Below, in pieces: positions 34,285-43,266 of a DNA stretch of 64,000 nucleotides. The stretch is from assembly GCA_963743885.1 (NCBI GenBank), contig CAVURJ010000001.1, positions 204,949-268,948 on the forward strand. The letters run 5' to 3'. This DNA comes from Candidatus Moraniibacteriota bacterium (lineage in GTDB: Bacteria > Patescibacteriota > Minisyncoccia > Moranbacterales > UBA1568). The translations under genes and the position numbers were made by a program. How positions within the stretch are numbered: position 1 is the first letter of the stretch; each line of letters begins with the position of its first letter. The notes under the pieces are model-generated. The model saw nothing but the letters and a program-made list of their open reading frames with translations. It made no database searches and was not told the DNA's origin.

Positions 34285-34891
34285 AGAAATCCTCTCTCAG
34301 GCTCAAGAGAGGCTACTACCGCTTGTGAGGGGCGTTGGCCAGGGGTTTGCGCTCTGTGGTGGTACGTCAATCGCGCTTCATATCGGACATCGTGCGTCTA
34401 TTGATTTTGATTTGTTCACTTCTGAAGAGCTCAATATCAACACGCTTCGCCGGAAACTTTCTGAAGCCGACAAAAACTTCGCTGTTCTCGTGAAGAGTGA
34501 AGACGAATATACGGTAGCGGTGAAGGGCGTCAAGATTACTTTTCTTCGCTACCCGTTTCCATTTGAAGGATCTATGTGGCTAGATGACGTCATTCAAGTA
34601 CCAGATTTGCTTTCTTTGGCGGCGATGAAGGCGTATGCGCTTGGTCGGCGTTCAAAATGGAAGGACTACGTCGACCTATATTTCATACTTTCTAAATACC
34701 ATTCTTTACGGGAAGTGGCGGACAGAGCCGCCCAGATGTTTGGTAACGAATTCAACGAAAAGATTTTTCGGGCGGCGTTGGCGTATTTTGATGATATCGA
34801 TTATTCGGAAGCGGTCATCTTTCAGTCAGGATTTGAGGTTAGCGATGAAGCGGTTCGCGCGGCACTCAAAGACGTGAGTACAGGGGAGTAG
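34274..34891 (+). CDS. AbiEii/AbiGii-family nucleotidyltransferase toxin (DUF1814-like minimal NTase)
   Basis: NTase motif ALCGGTSIALHIGHRASIDFDLF. Start is taken at MLHKEILSQ; the ORF is open from 34211. Confidence 0.65.
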   Translation: MLHKEILSQAQERLLPLVRGVGQGFALCGGTSIALHIGHRASIDFDLFTSEELNINTLRRKLSEADKNFAVLVKSEDEYTVAVKGVKITFLRYPFPFEGSMWLDDVIQVPDLLSLAAMKAYALGRRSKWKDYVDLYFILSKYHSLREVADRAAQMFGNEFNEKIFRAALAYFDDIDYSEAVIFQSGFEVSDEAVRAALKDVSTGE

Positions 34892-34938
34892 CCATGAGGA
34901 GAAGATGTAAGAGGAAAGACGCAAGAGACAAGAGAAGA

Positions 34939-34964
34939 ACAGGTTCGGAAGAGCCTGTTTTTTG
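34939..34964 (+). terminator. terminator hairpin, identical copy 2 of acaggttcggaagagcctgttttttg
   Basis: Direct repeat of 33938-33963. The pair flanks the AbiE-like two-gene cassette. Confidence 0.6.
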
Positions 34965-34995
34965 ATTTATATAAGCCAAAATATAATAAATACCC

Positions 34996-35024
34996 TTGAC
35001 AAAAACGGGAAAAAGGAGTATGAT
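34996..35024 (+). promoter_or_regulatory. sigma70 consensus promoter TTGACA-17-TATGAT
   Basis: cccttgacaaaaacgggaaaaaggagtatgatgg. The TTG ORF start at 34996 is the -35 box. Confidence 0.55.
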
Positions 35025-35094
35025 GGTGGTAGAAGTGGTTTTGTTAACAATCTGGAATTTTCCAACTTTCCGGCCAATGGCCAAGGAGCGCATC

Positions 35095-35490
35095 ATGAAA
35101 AACGTCATCAGCATGCTCATTGCGGCTCTGGCGGCCGCTTTCATCGCTTTTCCTGTTTCGGCTGGTGAGTCACAGTACGATGGGCTCAGCAAGGAGGAAT
35201 ACGTCGCCAAATACCATCCGAATAACGCGTACTGCGGCGGCCTGTCGCAACGTCTCAGGCAGACGTATGGGAACAATATCCCGTCCGGCCAGCAGGAGAT
35301 GTTGGCAAAGTGCGCCAAGGCGAAGCAGCTTTATGCACAACAGCAAACGCTTCGAGTGCAGAAGGTGTCGGATCAGAAGGATCCGGGGTATGCTGCTAGG
35401 CTTGAAGAGGCTCGCAAGATTCAATGTGCATTGACTGAGGATTTTCGCAAAATGTACCATGTCAACTCCCGTGGATGTAAAGGGCTTTGA
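35095..35490 (+). CDS. small secreted protein with a signal peptide
   Basis: MKNVISMLIAALAAAFIAFPVSAGE signal peptide. RBS aaggag is upstream. Confidence 0.55.
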   Translation: MKNVISMLIAALAAAFIAFPVSAGESQYDGLSKEEYVAKYHPNNAYCGGLSQRLRQTYGNNIPSGQQEMLAKCAKAKQLYAQQQTLRVQKVSDQKDPGYAARLEEARKIQCALTEDFRKMYHVNSRGCKGL

Positions 35491-35677
35491 TCATGAGCGG
35501 TTGACGGGCATTCCAGGATGGAGTGCCCGTTTTTTCATGCGTCAAATACAGCGCGAGTATATGGACTGGTACTAGAGCACAGCTTGTCTGGAGGGGGCAG
35601 CTGTTTTTTTTATCGCTTCATGGTATACTGCATATCGTATGCATCCATTATGACTCCTTTTACGGAGCCATAGCTCT

Positions 35678-37669
35678 ATGGTACGGAAAACAGGCACCAA
35701 CACGACAGCATCCTTCGGCATGCGCGCGGCTGCGCTGTTCTTTTTCGTACTGCTTCTTTCTGGGATGGCGGGGACTGTCCAGGCCGCGCCATTTACTTTC
35801 GGGGACATGTTGACTGGCGGGGCAGATACTACATCGATGTTCAGTGATGTCGGCGACGGATTGCTGACAGCGTTCAAGTGGTTGATCTACGGCGTCTTCT
35901 CTTTCTGCGGGCTCCTCGTCGGTGCTGCTATGACCATTTTTGGTCTGCTTACCCGCCCAGAGCTCTTCCAGGTCTTGAATGGCAGTGGTATCTATCAGAT
36001 GTGGCAGTTCATCCGCGACTTCTTCAACCTCTTCTTCATCCTGACCCTGCTTTATATCGCCTTTACGATCATCTTCCAGGTGGCCAAGGATTACAAGAAG
36101 GCGCTGCTCAATCTGGTGATCATGGCGCTTCTCGTCAACTTCAGTTTTCCTATCTCGCGCTTCCTCATCGATGCGGGCAATGTGCCGATGTATTTCTTCG
36201 CTAGCCAGATCAGCGATCGCGGTCCGGCTGTGGGGATGGCTGCTATTTTTAGTTCGACCAAGCTGCAGAATATCCTTATTCGCGGCAAAGCGGGTGATAC
36301 CGAGGTGACGTTCGACGATGTCAAGGGGGGCGAGGTGACGCGCCTCATCGCGGCGACGGTCTTCCTCTTCCTGCTTGCTATCACGCTTCTCGTCCTTGCG
36401 GTCATGTTCATCATCCGCTTCGCTGTACTTGTCATTCTTGTCATCTTTTCTCCGGTCGGTTTTGCTGGGACAGTCATTCCTGGTATGCAGAAGTACGCGA
36501 GTCAGTGGTGGGAGAGTTTCACTCAGTATGTGGTCTACGGCCCGGCGGCCATGCTCATGGTGTTGGTCGCGATCCGGTTCTTTTCGGCATTGTCGGCAGA
36601 AAGCGGATTCGAAGTGTTGGTACAAGAATCGGCTAGCGCAACAAATGTCGGAGGTATGACTGGTTTCATATCTTCTGTCGCGACGTTTTCTATTCCAATC
36701 GTCGTGCTCTGGATCGCAATCGGGCTCTCGAACAAGATGTCGATGTTCGGTTCGGCCGCGGTCGTCGGTGCAGGACTTGGCGCTGTCGCTTGGACGAAGA
36801 AGAAGGCGATCGGCGGTGCCAAGTGGGCAGCATACAGGAATCCAGTCGCTCGTGGCGTAGGATCTGGCGTAAAGGATCGTTTCAATTCCACTTGGCTTGG
36901 CAAGACGCTGAAGAGTCCGAGTTGGACGGAGGCTGCTGCGAAGGGCGCCGTCCTTAAGGGCAAGGGCACCATCCAGGGCGAGCTTGATGGCCGGCATAAG
37001 AAGATGGTGGCTGATCGCGTGGCTGAGGATAAGAAGAATGGCGTCAGCAATTCGGCGCACAGAGAGAACCTCAAGACGATGTCCAATGATCCGGTCACAC
37101 GCGAGGCGTCTGCACTCGCGCTCGCGAGCGAGAAGGAGCTCCGCTCATCTGAAGACCTCTTGCTTGCGGCTCAGGTGCTCGCTAAGAACCCGGACGGGCT
37201 CATCAAGGCGATCGAAAATGCTCGGCCAGAGACGGTCGGCAAGATGGATCAGAAAACCTATGGCGAGATGCTCAAGTCTGTCTCTGCCAATCCTGATGCC
37301 GTGGCTGCGCTTGATGGCAGGATGAAGAAGGAGGGCAATATCAAAGTGAAGATGGATTATGAGATAGCTGCTGCTGGTGGCGATGGCCAGAAGATAGCTG
37401 GAGTCTATGAGAAGAATCTCGGTATGAACGCTGATGACTTTGCCAAGCAGGGCAGTATCCATGAAGCTATCGGGAAGGATGCTGGCCTGACGGAGTATCT
37501 GAAGAAGCGTGTCGGCGATGATAAGGATTTCTATCAGGAAGCGCTCAAGAAGATGAAGACAGGCGAGGGCCGCGAGAAGATGAGAACGCTTGTGGGAGCG
37601 GGTTCTAGCCAGGGATCGGCGGGCGTCCGTGACAAGATGAAACAGGTGAAGAGTGAAAATGCCCGATAG
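35678..37669 (+). CDS. VirB6/TrbL-like polytopic membrane protein of a T4SS-like system
   Basis: Signal peptide, then at least 6 TM helices, then a ~300-aa hydrophilic C-terminus. It sits in a locus with VirB4. Homology is inferred from architecture only. Confidence 0.45.
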   Translation: MVRKTGTNTTASFGMRAAALFFFVLLLSGMAGTVQAAPFTFGDMLTGGADTTSMFSDVGDGLLTAFKWLIYGVFSFCGLLVGAAMTIFGLLTRPELFQVLNGSGIYQMWQFIRDFFNLFFILTLLYIAFTIIFQVAKDYKKALLNLVIMALLVNFSFPISRFLIDAGNVPMYFFASQISDRGPAVGMAAIFSSTKLQNILIRGKAGDTEVTFDDVKGGEVTRLIAATVFLFLLAITLLVLAVMFIIRFAVLVILVIFSPVGFAGTVIPGMQKYASQWWESFTQYVVYGPAAMLMVLVAIRFFSALSAESGFEVLVQESASATNVGGMTGFISSVATFSIPIVVLWIAIGLSNKMSMFGSAAVVGAGLGAVAWTKKKAIGGAKWAAYRNPVARGVGSGVKDRFNSTWLGKTLKSPSWTEAAAKGAVLKGKGTIQGELDGRHKKMVADRVAEDKKNGVSNSAHRENLKTMSNDPVTREASALALASEKELRSSEDLLLAAQVLAKNPDGLIKAIENARPETVGKMDQKTYGEMLKSVSANPDAVAALDGRMKKEGNIKVKMDYEIAAAGGDGQKIAGVYEKNLGMNADDFAKQGSIHEAIGKDAGLTEYLKKRVGDDKDFYQEALKKMKTGEGREKMRTLVGAGSSQGSAGVRDKMKQVKSENAR

Positions 37670-38753
37670 GTACAGTATGGAAAACAAAATCAACAATCCG
37701 ATATACTATCCGCTGCTTGCCTCCGAGGAGATCAATGGTGGAGTGATGCCAGAGGAGGAATTTCGGAGCGTCTGGAGTGCTTTTGACAAACTACCTGACG
37801 ACAGGAAAAATATCCTGACGAGCGATGCGATGCCGCAGAAGATCAAGCTCGCGCAGCAGACATTTGGTCTCGATGATGGTGTGACGGAGGGTGTGAGCGT
37901 CCTCGTGCGCTGGTTGTTTTTCGGGCAGGTGGACCAGGGCGGATTCCAGCGTGGGCTCCAGTCGGTGCTTTCTGGTTTCAATCCCGGACAAATCGAGCAG
38001 ATACAAAAGTTTGTCCAGACGGGGATCTTGACGGTGAAGCCGCAGATGAAGGCTGTGTCTCATGATGATATATCGGCGGCGCTGGTGACGGAGAGTCTGC
38101 CGCTCCTCCAGGCCATCACCAAGTACGAGAAGCTTTCGCAGCAGGCAATCACAACGGAAAAGATTAAGCTCAAGGCATCGTCAGAGCTGGTACGCCCTTC
38201 GCTCGTCAACTGGATCAAGTGCTATCGCGATGAGCTCGGAGTTGGCTTCCATGATAGTGTGCAGCGTGGCACCTTTCTCTTTCGTTCTGAGAACTGCAAA
38301 CGGCTTACGCCGCCTGAGCGTGAGCGCGTCAACTTGATCCTCAAGTCTATTGAGGAGAGCTATCCGCTTCCAATCGATACGGTCAAATCCGAGGTTTTCT
38401 TTCCGGAATATGCGGCGCTTCGTCCGCAGGCGGAAACCTCGGCCGTGCAGTCTCGAGCGTCTTCTGAGGAAAAGAAAGACAAGAATCCTGCCCTTAGCGA
38501 GTCATACCTTGGAGGCCGACTCAGTATTTTCAAGCCTGTTAGGCAGGAGATTGCCGCTTCTGGGGACGAGAAAGCTATTAGTTTCTCATCAAACCATGTC
38601 TTTCCGGCCGAGAAGGAAAGTATCGCTGTTCCTGAGCCTCCGCAGGCGCCATTGAAACCCAAGCAGCCAACCCCTGCTCCGCGACCGCTTAATCCGTTCC
38701 GTATCAATCCTGTGAGTCAGGTCGATAAGAAGATAGACCGGTATTCCCAATGA
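37653..38753 (+). CDS. hypothetical protein in the T4SS-like locus
   Basis: Co-directional and overlaps neighbouring genes. No recognisable domain. Confidence 0.4.
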   Translation: MKMPDRYSMENKINNPIYYPLLASEEINGGVMPEEEFRSVWSAFDKLPDDRKNILTSDAMPQKIKLAQQTFGLDDGVTEGVSVLVRWLFFGQVDQGGFQRGLQSVLSGFNPGQIEQIQKFVQTGILTVKPQMKAVSHDDISAALVTESLPLLQAITKYEKLSQQAITTEKIKLKASSELVRPSLVNWIKCYRDELGVGFHDSVQRGTFLFRSENCKRLTPPERERVNLILKSIEESYPLPIDTVKSEVFFPEYAALRPQAETSAVQSRASSEEKKDKNPALSESYLGGRLSIFKPVRQEIAASGDEKAISFSSNHVFPAEKESIAVPEPPQAPLKPKQPTPAPRPLNPFRINPVSQVDKKIDRYSQ

Positions 38754-38768
38754 CGTTTTTCGCTCGTT

Positions 38769-39170
38769 ATGATGTTCAGTGTACCCCAATTCATCGATGT
38801 CGAGGACAAGATTGCCGGGCCGCTCACGTGGCGGCAGCTTCTTTGGATGATCGGCATGGGAGCCGTGCTACTCCTCATGTTCAGCGTCTTCGATGCTCAG
38901 CTTTTTTTCGTGATAGCGATACCGGTCGTCATGCTTTTCATCGCTCTCGCTTTTTATCGGCCCAATGGTATTCCGCTCGCGATCTTCATATTCCATTCTA
39001 TTCTGTTCCTTTTTCGTCCGAAGATAGCCGTATGGGAACGTCCGGTGCGTGTCCAGGCGATACCGAAAAAAGAGACGGCTGCCCCGGTCGTTCCAGTCGT
39101 TAGACAGCAGCCGCTGACTCAGGAGAGACTCTCGGAGTTGGCACGGATGGTGGATAGGCATAGCAAATGA
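38769..39170 (+). CDS. PrgI/VirB3-like small membrane protein
   Basis: FIDVEDKIAGPLTWRQLLWM followed by two TM helices, which is typical of Gram-positive T4SS PrgI-like proteins. Confidence 0.45.
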   Translation: MMFSVPQFIDVEDKIAGPLTWRQLLWMIGMGAVLLLMFSVFDAQLFFVIAIPVVMLFIALAFYRPNGIPLAIFIFHSILFLFRPKIAVWERPVRVQAIPKKETAAPVVPVVRQQPLTQERLSELARMVDRHSK

Positions 39171-39206
39171 TGGTAGAATGAATCGTATCGTTTTGGAAAC
39201 TTCGTA

Positions 39207-39887
39207 ATGGAAACGCTCAAAAGGAAAAATGGGTCAAACGGGTCCAGCACTCAGAAATATGTCGATGTTGAGGAAATCCGCGACGGGACTATCGTTTTGA
39301 AGAATGGCGCGCTTCGGGCCGTGTTGCTCGTTTCGTCTGTCAATTTCGATCTCAAGTCGACGCAGGAGCAGGATGCTATCATCGCGCAATATCAGAACTT
39401 CCTGAACTCGGTCGATTTTCCGGTACAGATTGTCGTAAGCTCCCGACGGTTCAATATAGATCCCTATATCGCGCTTCTTGAAGATCAGGAAAAGCAGCAG
39501 GAAAATGAACTTTTGCGTTTTCAGATATCGGAGTACCGCAATTTCGTCAGGAATCTGACTGAAGTATCGAATATCATGTCAAAATTCTTCTATGTCGTCG
39601 TACCGTTTGCTCCTTCCGAGGATCAGAAGAGCGGTCTTCTCGGAAAGCTGACAGGTATTTTCCAGCCGAAGAAGGCTTCGAAGCTGTCCGATATTTCGTT
39701 TGATACGTATCGGAGCCAGCTATTGCAGCGGGTGGACCATGTATCTGCATCGTTGTCTGCTGCCGGACTACGCGTGACGCAGCTCAGCACCGAGGATATC
39801 ATAGAATTGCTTTACAATGCTTACAATCCGTCGCTCTTTACGACGACGGTGGTAAGGAATGTGGAGTCGATGGAGCTCTCGAAGTGA
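39207..39887 (+). CDS. VirB4-like N-terminal domain (separate ORF or frameshifted 5' part of virB4)
   Basis: YVDVEEIRDGTIVLKNGALRAVLLVSSVNFDLKSTQEQDAIIAQYQNFLNSV resembles the N-domain of PrgJ/TcpF-type VirB4. Confidence 0.55.
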   Translation: METLKRKNGSNGSSTQKYVDVEEIRDGTIVLKNGALRAVLLVSSVNFDLKSTQEQDAIIAQYQNFLNSVDFPVQIVVSSRRFNIDPYIALLEDQEKQQENELLRFQISEYRNFVRNLTEVSNIMSKFFYVVVPFAPSEDQKSGLLGKLTGIFQPKKASKLSDISFDTYRSQLLQRVDHVSASLSAAGLRVTQLSTEDIIELLYNAYNPSLFTTTVVRNVESMELSK

Positions 39888-41781
39888 GAGTCGGAATAAT
39901 CAGAAATGCAATGAATACATGTCTTCGGAAATAATCCTTGAAGAAAAGAGCAATACCAAGAAAGTCAGCCCTCATGGGGGCGGTGTTTTTGCTGGTGCTC
40001 GTTCTGCTGGCATGTCTGAAGGCGAGCGTCTTTATGAGCAGGGCATCGCGACAATTCGGGACCTTATCGCGCCGCCTGCCGTCCGCCTGACGCCCAATGT
40101 CATGCAGGTGGGCGATGTCCTTTCCAGGACCTATTTTGTCGTGGCGTATCCGAGGTATCTTTCGACCAATTGGTTCTCGCCGATCATCAATATGGACTTC
40201 GCGATGGATACCGCGCTTTTTATCCATCCGATTGATACGGCGGAGATATTGAAGAATCTCCGGAAATCGGCTACTCAGGTGCAATCGCAGATCCATATCG
40301 AGGCTGAAGATGGGAAGATCCGCGACCCCGTGCTCGAGACAGCGCTCGAGGATATCGAGGGGCTGCGTGATCGTTTGCAGCAGGGGGTCGAGAAATTCTT
40401 CCGTTTCGGTCTTTATATCACGCTGTATGGCGCTGATGATCAGGATTTGAACGAAAGATGTCGTACGGTAGAATCCGTTCTTGAGGCTCAGCTCGTGTAT
40501 GTGAAGCCGGCCGTATTGCGCATGGATCAGGGTTTTGCAGCGACACGCCCGCTTGCGACCGATACGCTTGATGTAGCCAATAATCTCAATACGGAGCCGC
40601 TTTCGACGACGTTTCCGTTTGTCTCATCTGATCTCTCTTCGAATGATGGCATCCTTTATGGCATCAATCGGCACAACAATTCCTTGGTACTCTTCGATCG
40701 TTTCAAGCTGGAGAATGCTAATATGGTGGTCTTCGCGAAGTCTGGTGCAGGTAAGAGCTACACTATCAAGCTTGAGGTGCTCCGTTCCATGATGTTCGGT
40801 ACGAGTGTCATCATCATCGACCCGGAAAACGAGTATAAGCATCTCTGTGAGGCGGTTGGTGGCAGCTTTATGAAGATATCGCTCGATTCCGATGTTCATC
40901 TCAATCCGTTCGATCTTCCTAAGGGTTCTGAAGACGAAGAAAATCTCGGTATTTTCCGCAATACTGTTGCGAATATCGTCGGGTTGCTCCATCTCATGCT
41001 CGGTTCGGTGACGCCTGAGGAAGATTCCATTCTCGACCAGGCGATTCGAGAGACGTATGCTATTCGCGATATTACCGAGACTTCGGACTTTTCTTCTCTT
41101 TCCACGTCTTCATTTCCGACGATGTCCGATTTGTATGCTGTCCTTGAGAATATGGAGGGGGCAGAATCGCTTGCAGCGCGTCTCGAGCGCTATACGGAGG
41201 GTATTTTCGGAGGATTTCTCAATAAGCAGACGAGTATCGATCTCGGCAGCCAGCTTGTCGTCTTCAATATTCGTGATCTGGAGGATGAACTCCGGCCGAT
41301 TGCCATGTATATCGTGCTCCAATTCATCTGGAAGGAGATTCGGGCGAATATGAAGCGTCGGTTGGTCGTGGTCGATGAGGCCTGGATCATGATGCAGCAC
41401 GAGGATGCGGCCGCTTTCCTCTTCGGTATCGCCAAGCGCTGCCGGAAATATTATACCGGTCTGACGACGATCACGCAGGATATCGCTGATTTTATGTCAT
41501 CACGTCATGGCAAACCGATTATCACGAACTCGTCGCTCCAGCTCCTGCTTCGGCAGTCGCCGTCTTCGATTGATCTGATCGCCGAGACGTTCTACCTGAC
41601 CGATCATGAGAAGTTTCTCCTGCTCGAATCGAACGTCGGTGAAGGTATTTTCTTTGCGGGCACCAAGCATGCCGCCATCAAGGTCGTCGCTTCCTATAGT
41701 GAAGATCAGCTCATTACGTCCGATCCGCGTCAGCTGCTCGAGATTGAGGAGGCTAAACGTGAATTAAGTAACGCATCCTGA
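39859..41781 (+). CDS. virB4: VirB4/TraE/PrgJ-family T4SS ATPase
   Basis: Walker A VVFAKSGAGKSYTIKL, Walker B RRLVVVDEAWIMM, and IAPPAVRLTPNVMQVGDVLSRTYFVVAYPRY. Confidence 0.8.
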   Translation: MWSRWSSRSESRNNQKCNEYMSSEIILEEKSNTKKVSPHGGGVFAGARSAGMSEGERLYEQGIATIRDLIAPPAVRLTPNVMQVGDVLSRTYFVVAYPRYLSTNWFSPIINMDFAMDTALFIHPIDTAEILKNLRKSATQVQSQIHIEAEDGKIRDPVLETALEDIEGLRDRLQQGVEKFFRFGLYITLYGADDQDLNERCRTVESVLEAQLVYVKPAVLRMDQGFAATRPLATDTLDVANNLNTEPLSTTFPFVSSDLSSNDGILYGINRHNNSLVLFDRFKLENANMVVFAKSGAGKSYTIKLEVLRSMMFGTSVIIIDPENEYKHLCEAVGGSFMKISLDSDVHLNPFDLPKGSEDEENLGIFRNTVANIVGLLHLMLGSVTPEEDSILDQAIRETYAIRDITETSDFSSLSTSSFPTMSDLYAVLENMEGAESLAARLERYTEGIFGGFLNKQTSIDLGSQLVVFNIRDLEDELRPIAMYIVLQFIWKEIRANMKRRLVVVDEAWIMMQHEDAAAFLFGIAKRCRKYYTGLTTITQDIADFMSSRHGKPIITNSSLQLLLRQSPSSIDLIAETFYLTDHEKFLLLESNVGEGIFFAGTKHAAIKVVASYSEDQLITSDPRQLLEIEEAKRELSNAS

Positions 41782-41792
41782 CACTTTTACGT

Positions 41793-42491
41793 ATGGTAGT
41801 CCAAGTCATCGCTGCTGCCGGACGAGCTGCTTCTGTCGCTGCGAAAACCGGCTCTAAGGCCGCTAAGCTCAGTGCGCAGGGCGCTAAAGCTGGGACAAAA
41901 GCCGTCCAGTCCGGTGCTAGCGCTGCCAATACAGGCGGACGTTATGCTGTTTCGACCGAACGGACGCCGACTGGTGGCGTAATCAATCGGACGACGGCAA
42001 AGGAAGGGACTTTGAGTAAGGAATTCGAGGAATACGCGCGCCGTCAGCGCGAGATTCGGAAAAAATGGGATAAGGAGAAGCAGAAGTTCTTTCATCAGGA
42101 TGAAGAGAATCAGTCGGGCGGAGCCAGTATGATGGCATATGCGGCACCGTTGGTCATAGCTGGCCTTAAAGACCTGCTTGATTTCGCAGTTATCGGTTCG
42201 TTCCCGGGTATCGGGATGATCGTTACCGGCTGTTTCGGTGCACTGATTGTGTTGCTGCTCGCTGTTACGCCGGGGGCGACGTCGAGGAACCGCGCCTCTT
42301 TTATGGTAGCTGCCGGGCTGACGATGATGGGAGGCTCAATTGTGGAGGGGGTCGCTTTTGGGCTCAATTTCATGCCACTGATGACGATTGCTGTCGTCAG
42401 CATCTATATTCGTGAAAAGAACGGTTCTGCCCATGGAGGAGTGCTGCTCGGCAAGATCAATGATATCCGAAAGAGAACATTACCCGTATGA
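41793..42491 (+). CDS. membrane protein of the T4SS-like locus
   Basis: Ala/Lys-rich N-terminus and 3-4 C-terminal TM helices. Confidence 0.4.
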   Translation: MVVQVIAAAGRAASVAAKTGSKAAKLSAQGAKAGTKAVQSGASAANTGGRYAVSTERTPTGGVINRTTAKEGTLSKEFEEYARRQREIRKKWDKEKQKFFHQDEENQSGGASMMAYAAPLVIAGLKDLLDFAVIGSFPGIGMIVTGCFGALIVLLLAVTPGATSRNRASFMVAAGLTMMGGSIVEGVAFGLNFMPLMTIAVVSIYIREKNGSAHGGVLLGKINDIRKRTLPV

Positions 42492-43156
42492 TACCGGCTG
42501 CGACAACATATCATGTAAGTGATCGGAAGCGATTCGTCATTACGGGTCTACTCGTTTCGTTCTCGCTCTGGTTCGTGTTGTTTTTTAAGGAGTCTGAAAC
42601 GCTCAGTATGGCGATTCAGGGCTTTATCGTCTGCGGCATGTTTTTTTTGTTGATTCCGATACTGTATAGTAGAATAATACTCAGGGAGTCCCTAGGAAGC
42701 ATTGGCTGGCAAAGCGGCCGCTCAGTGACGGGTACGATCATTTCGATCGTCGCGATTTCGATCGGCATCGTTTCCATGTCCATGCTTATCAGGTTTTCGC
42801 CATTCGGAGAAGAGTATGCTCTTCCGGGTCTCGCCGCGTCGGATTTCCGATGGTTCATCTTGTACGAAGCGGTGATTGTTCCGGTAGTACTCCTTTTGTA
42901 TGAGACGTTCTTTCGCGGTTTGGTGCAGCTTATGTGGCTCCGTGATTTCCCTGTCATCGGGGTGTTTGCACAGACAGCGATCTTCTACCTCTTCTCTTTT
43001 CTTGTTGGTGGTGTTGTCTGGCAGAATGCACCTCTTCTCATATTCGCACCATTCTCTGGAATTATCGCCTGGAAGTCACAGTCAGTATGGTATTCTTTTG
43101 CAGCAAGCTGGGTATTCTTTTTCATGACAGACGTGCTCGTTCTTGTCTTCGGCTGA
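42488..43156 (+). CDS. CPBP-family (CAAX protease / Abi) intramembrane metalloprotease
   Basis: Motif 1 LYETFFRGLVQ (EExxxR-like), multiple TM helices, and FSFLVGG. Confidence 0.6.
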   Translation: MIPAATTYHVSDRKRFVITGLLVSFSLWFVLFFKESETLSMAIQGFIVCGMFFLLIPILYSRIILRESLGSIGWQSGRSVTGTIISIVAISIGIVSMSMLIRFSPFGEEYALPGLAASDFRWFILYEAVIVPVVLLLYETFFRGLVQLMWLRDFPVIGVFAQTAIFYLFSFLVGGVVWQNAPLLIFAPFSGIIAWKSQSVWYSFAASWVFFFMTDVLVLVFG

Positions 43157-43266
43157 CCGGTTATGGTGTCGGACAGCTGGTTGAGGTCGCGCGCGTATAA
43201 GGCAGTATTAATCTGAAGCTTCAGCGGGATGCCAAGGCAGGCTAGCGGAGGCTTTATCCATCGAGT

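Noticed and set aside
35660-37060. 466-aa minus-strand ORF
   Set aside because: It is antisense to the VirB6-like membrane protein gene. The product is Arg/His/Asp-rich low-complexity sequence, typical of GC-rich antisense frames.
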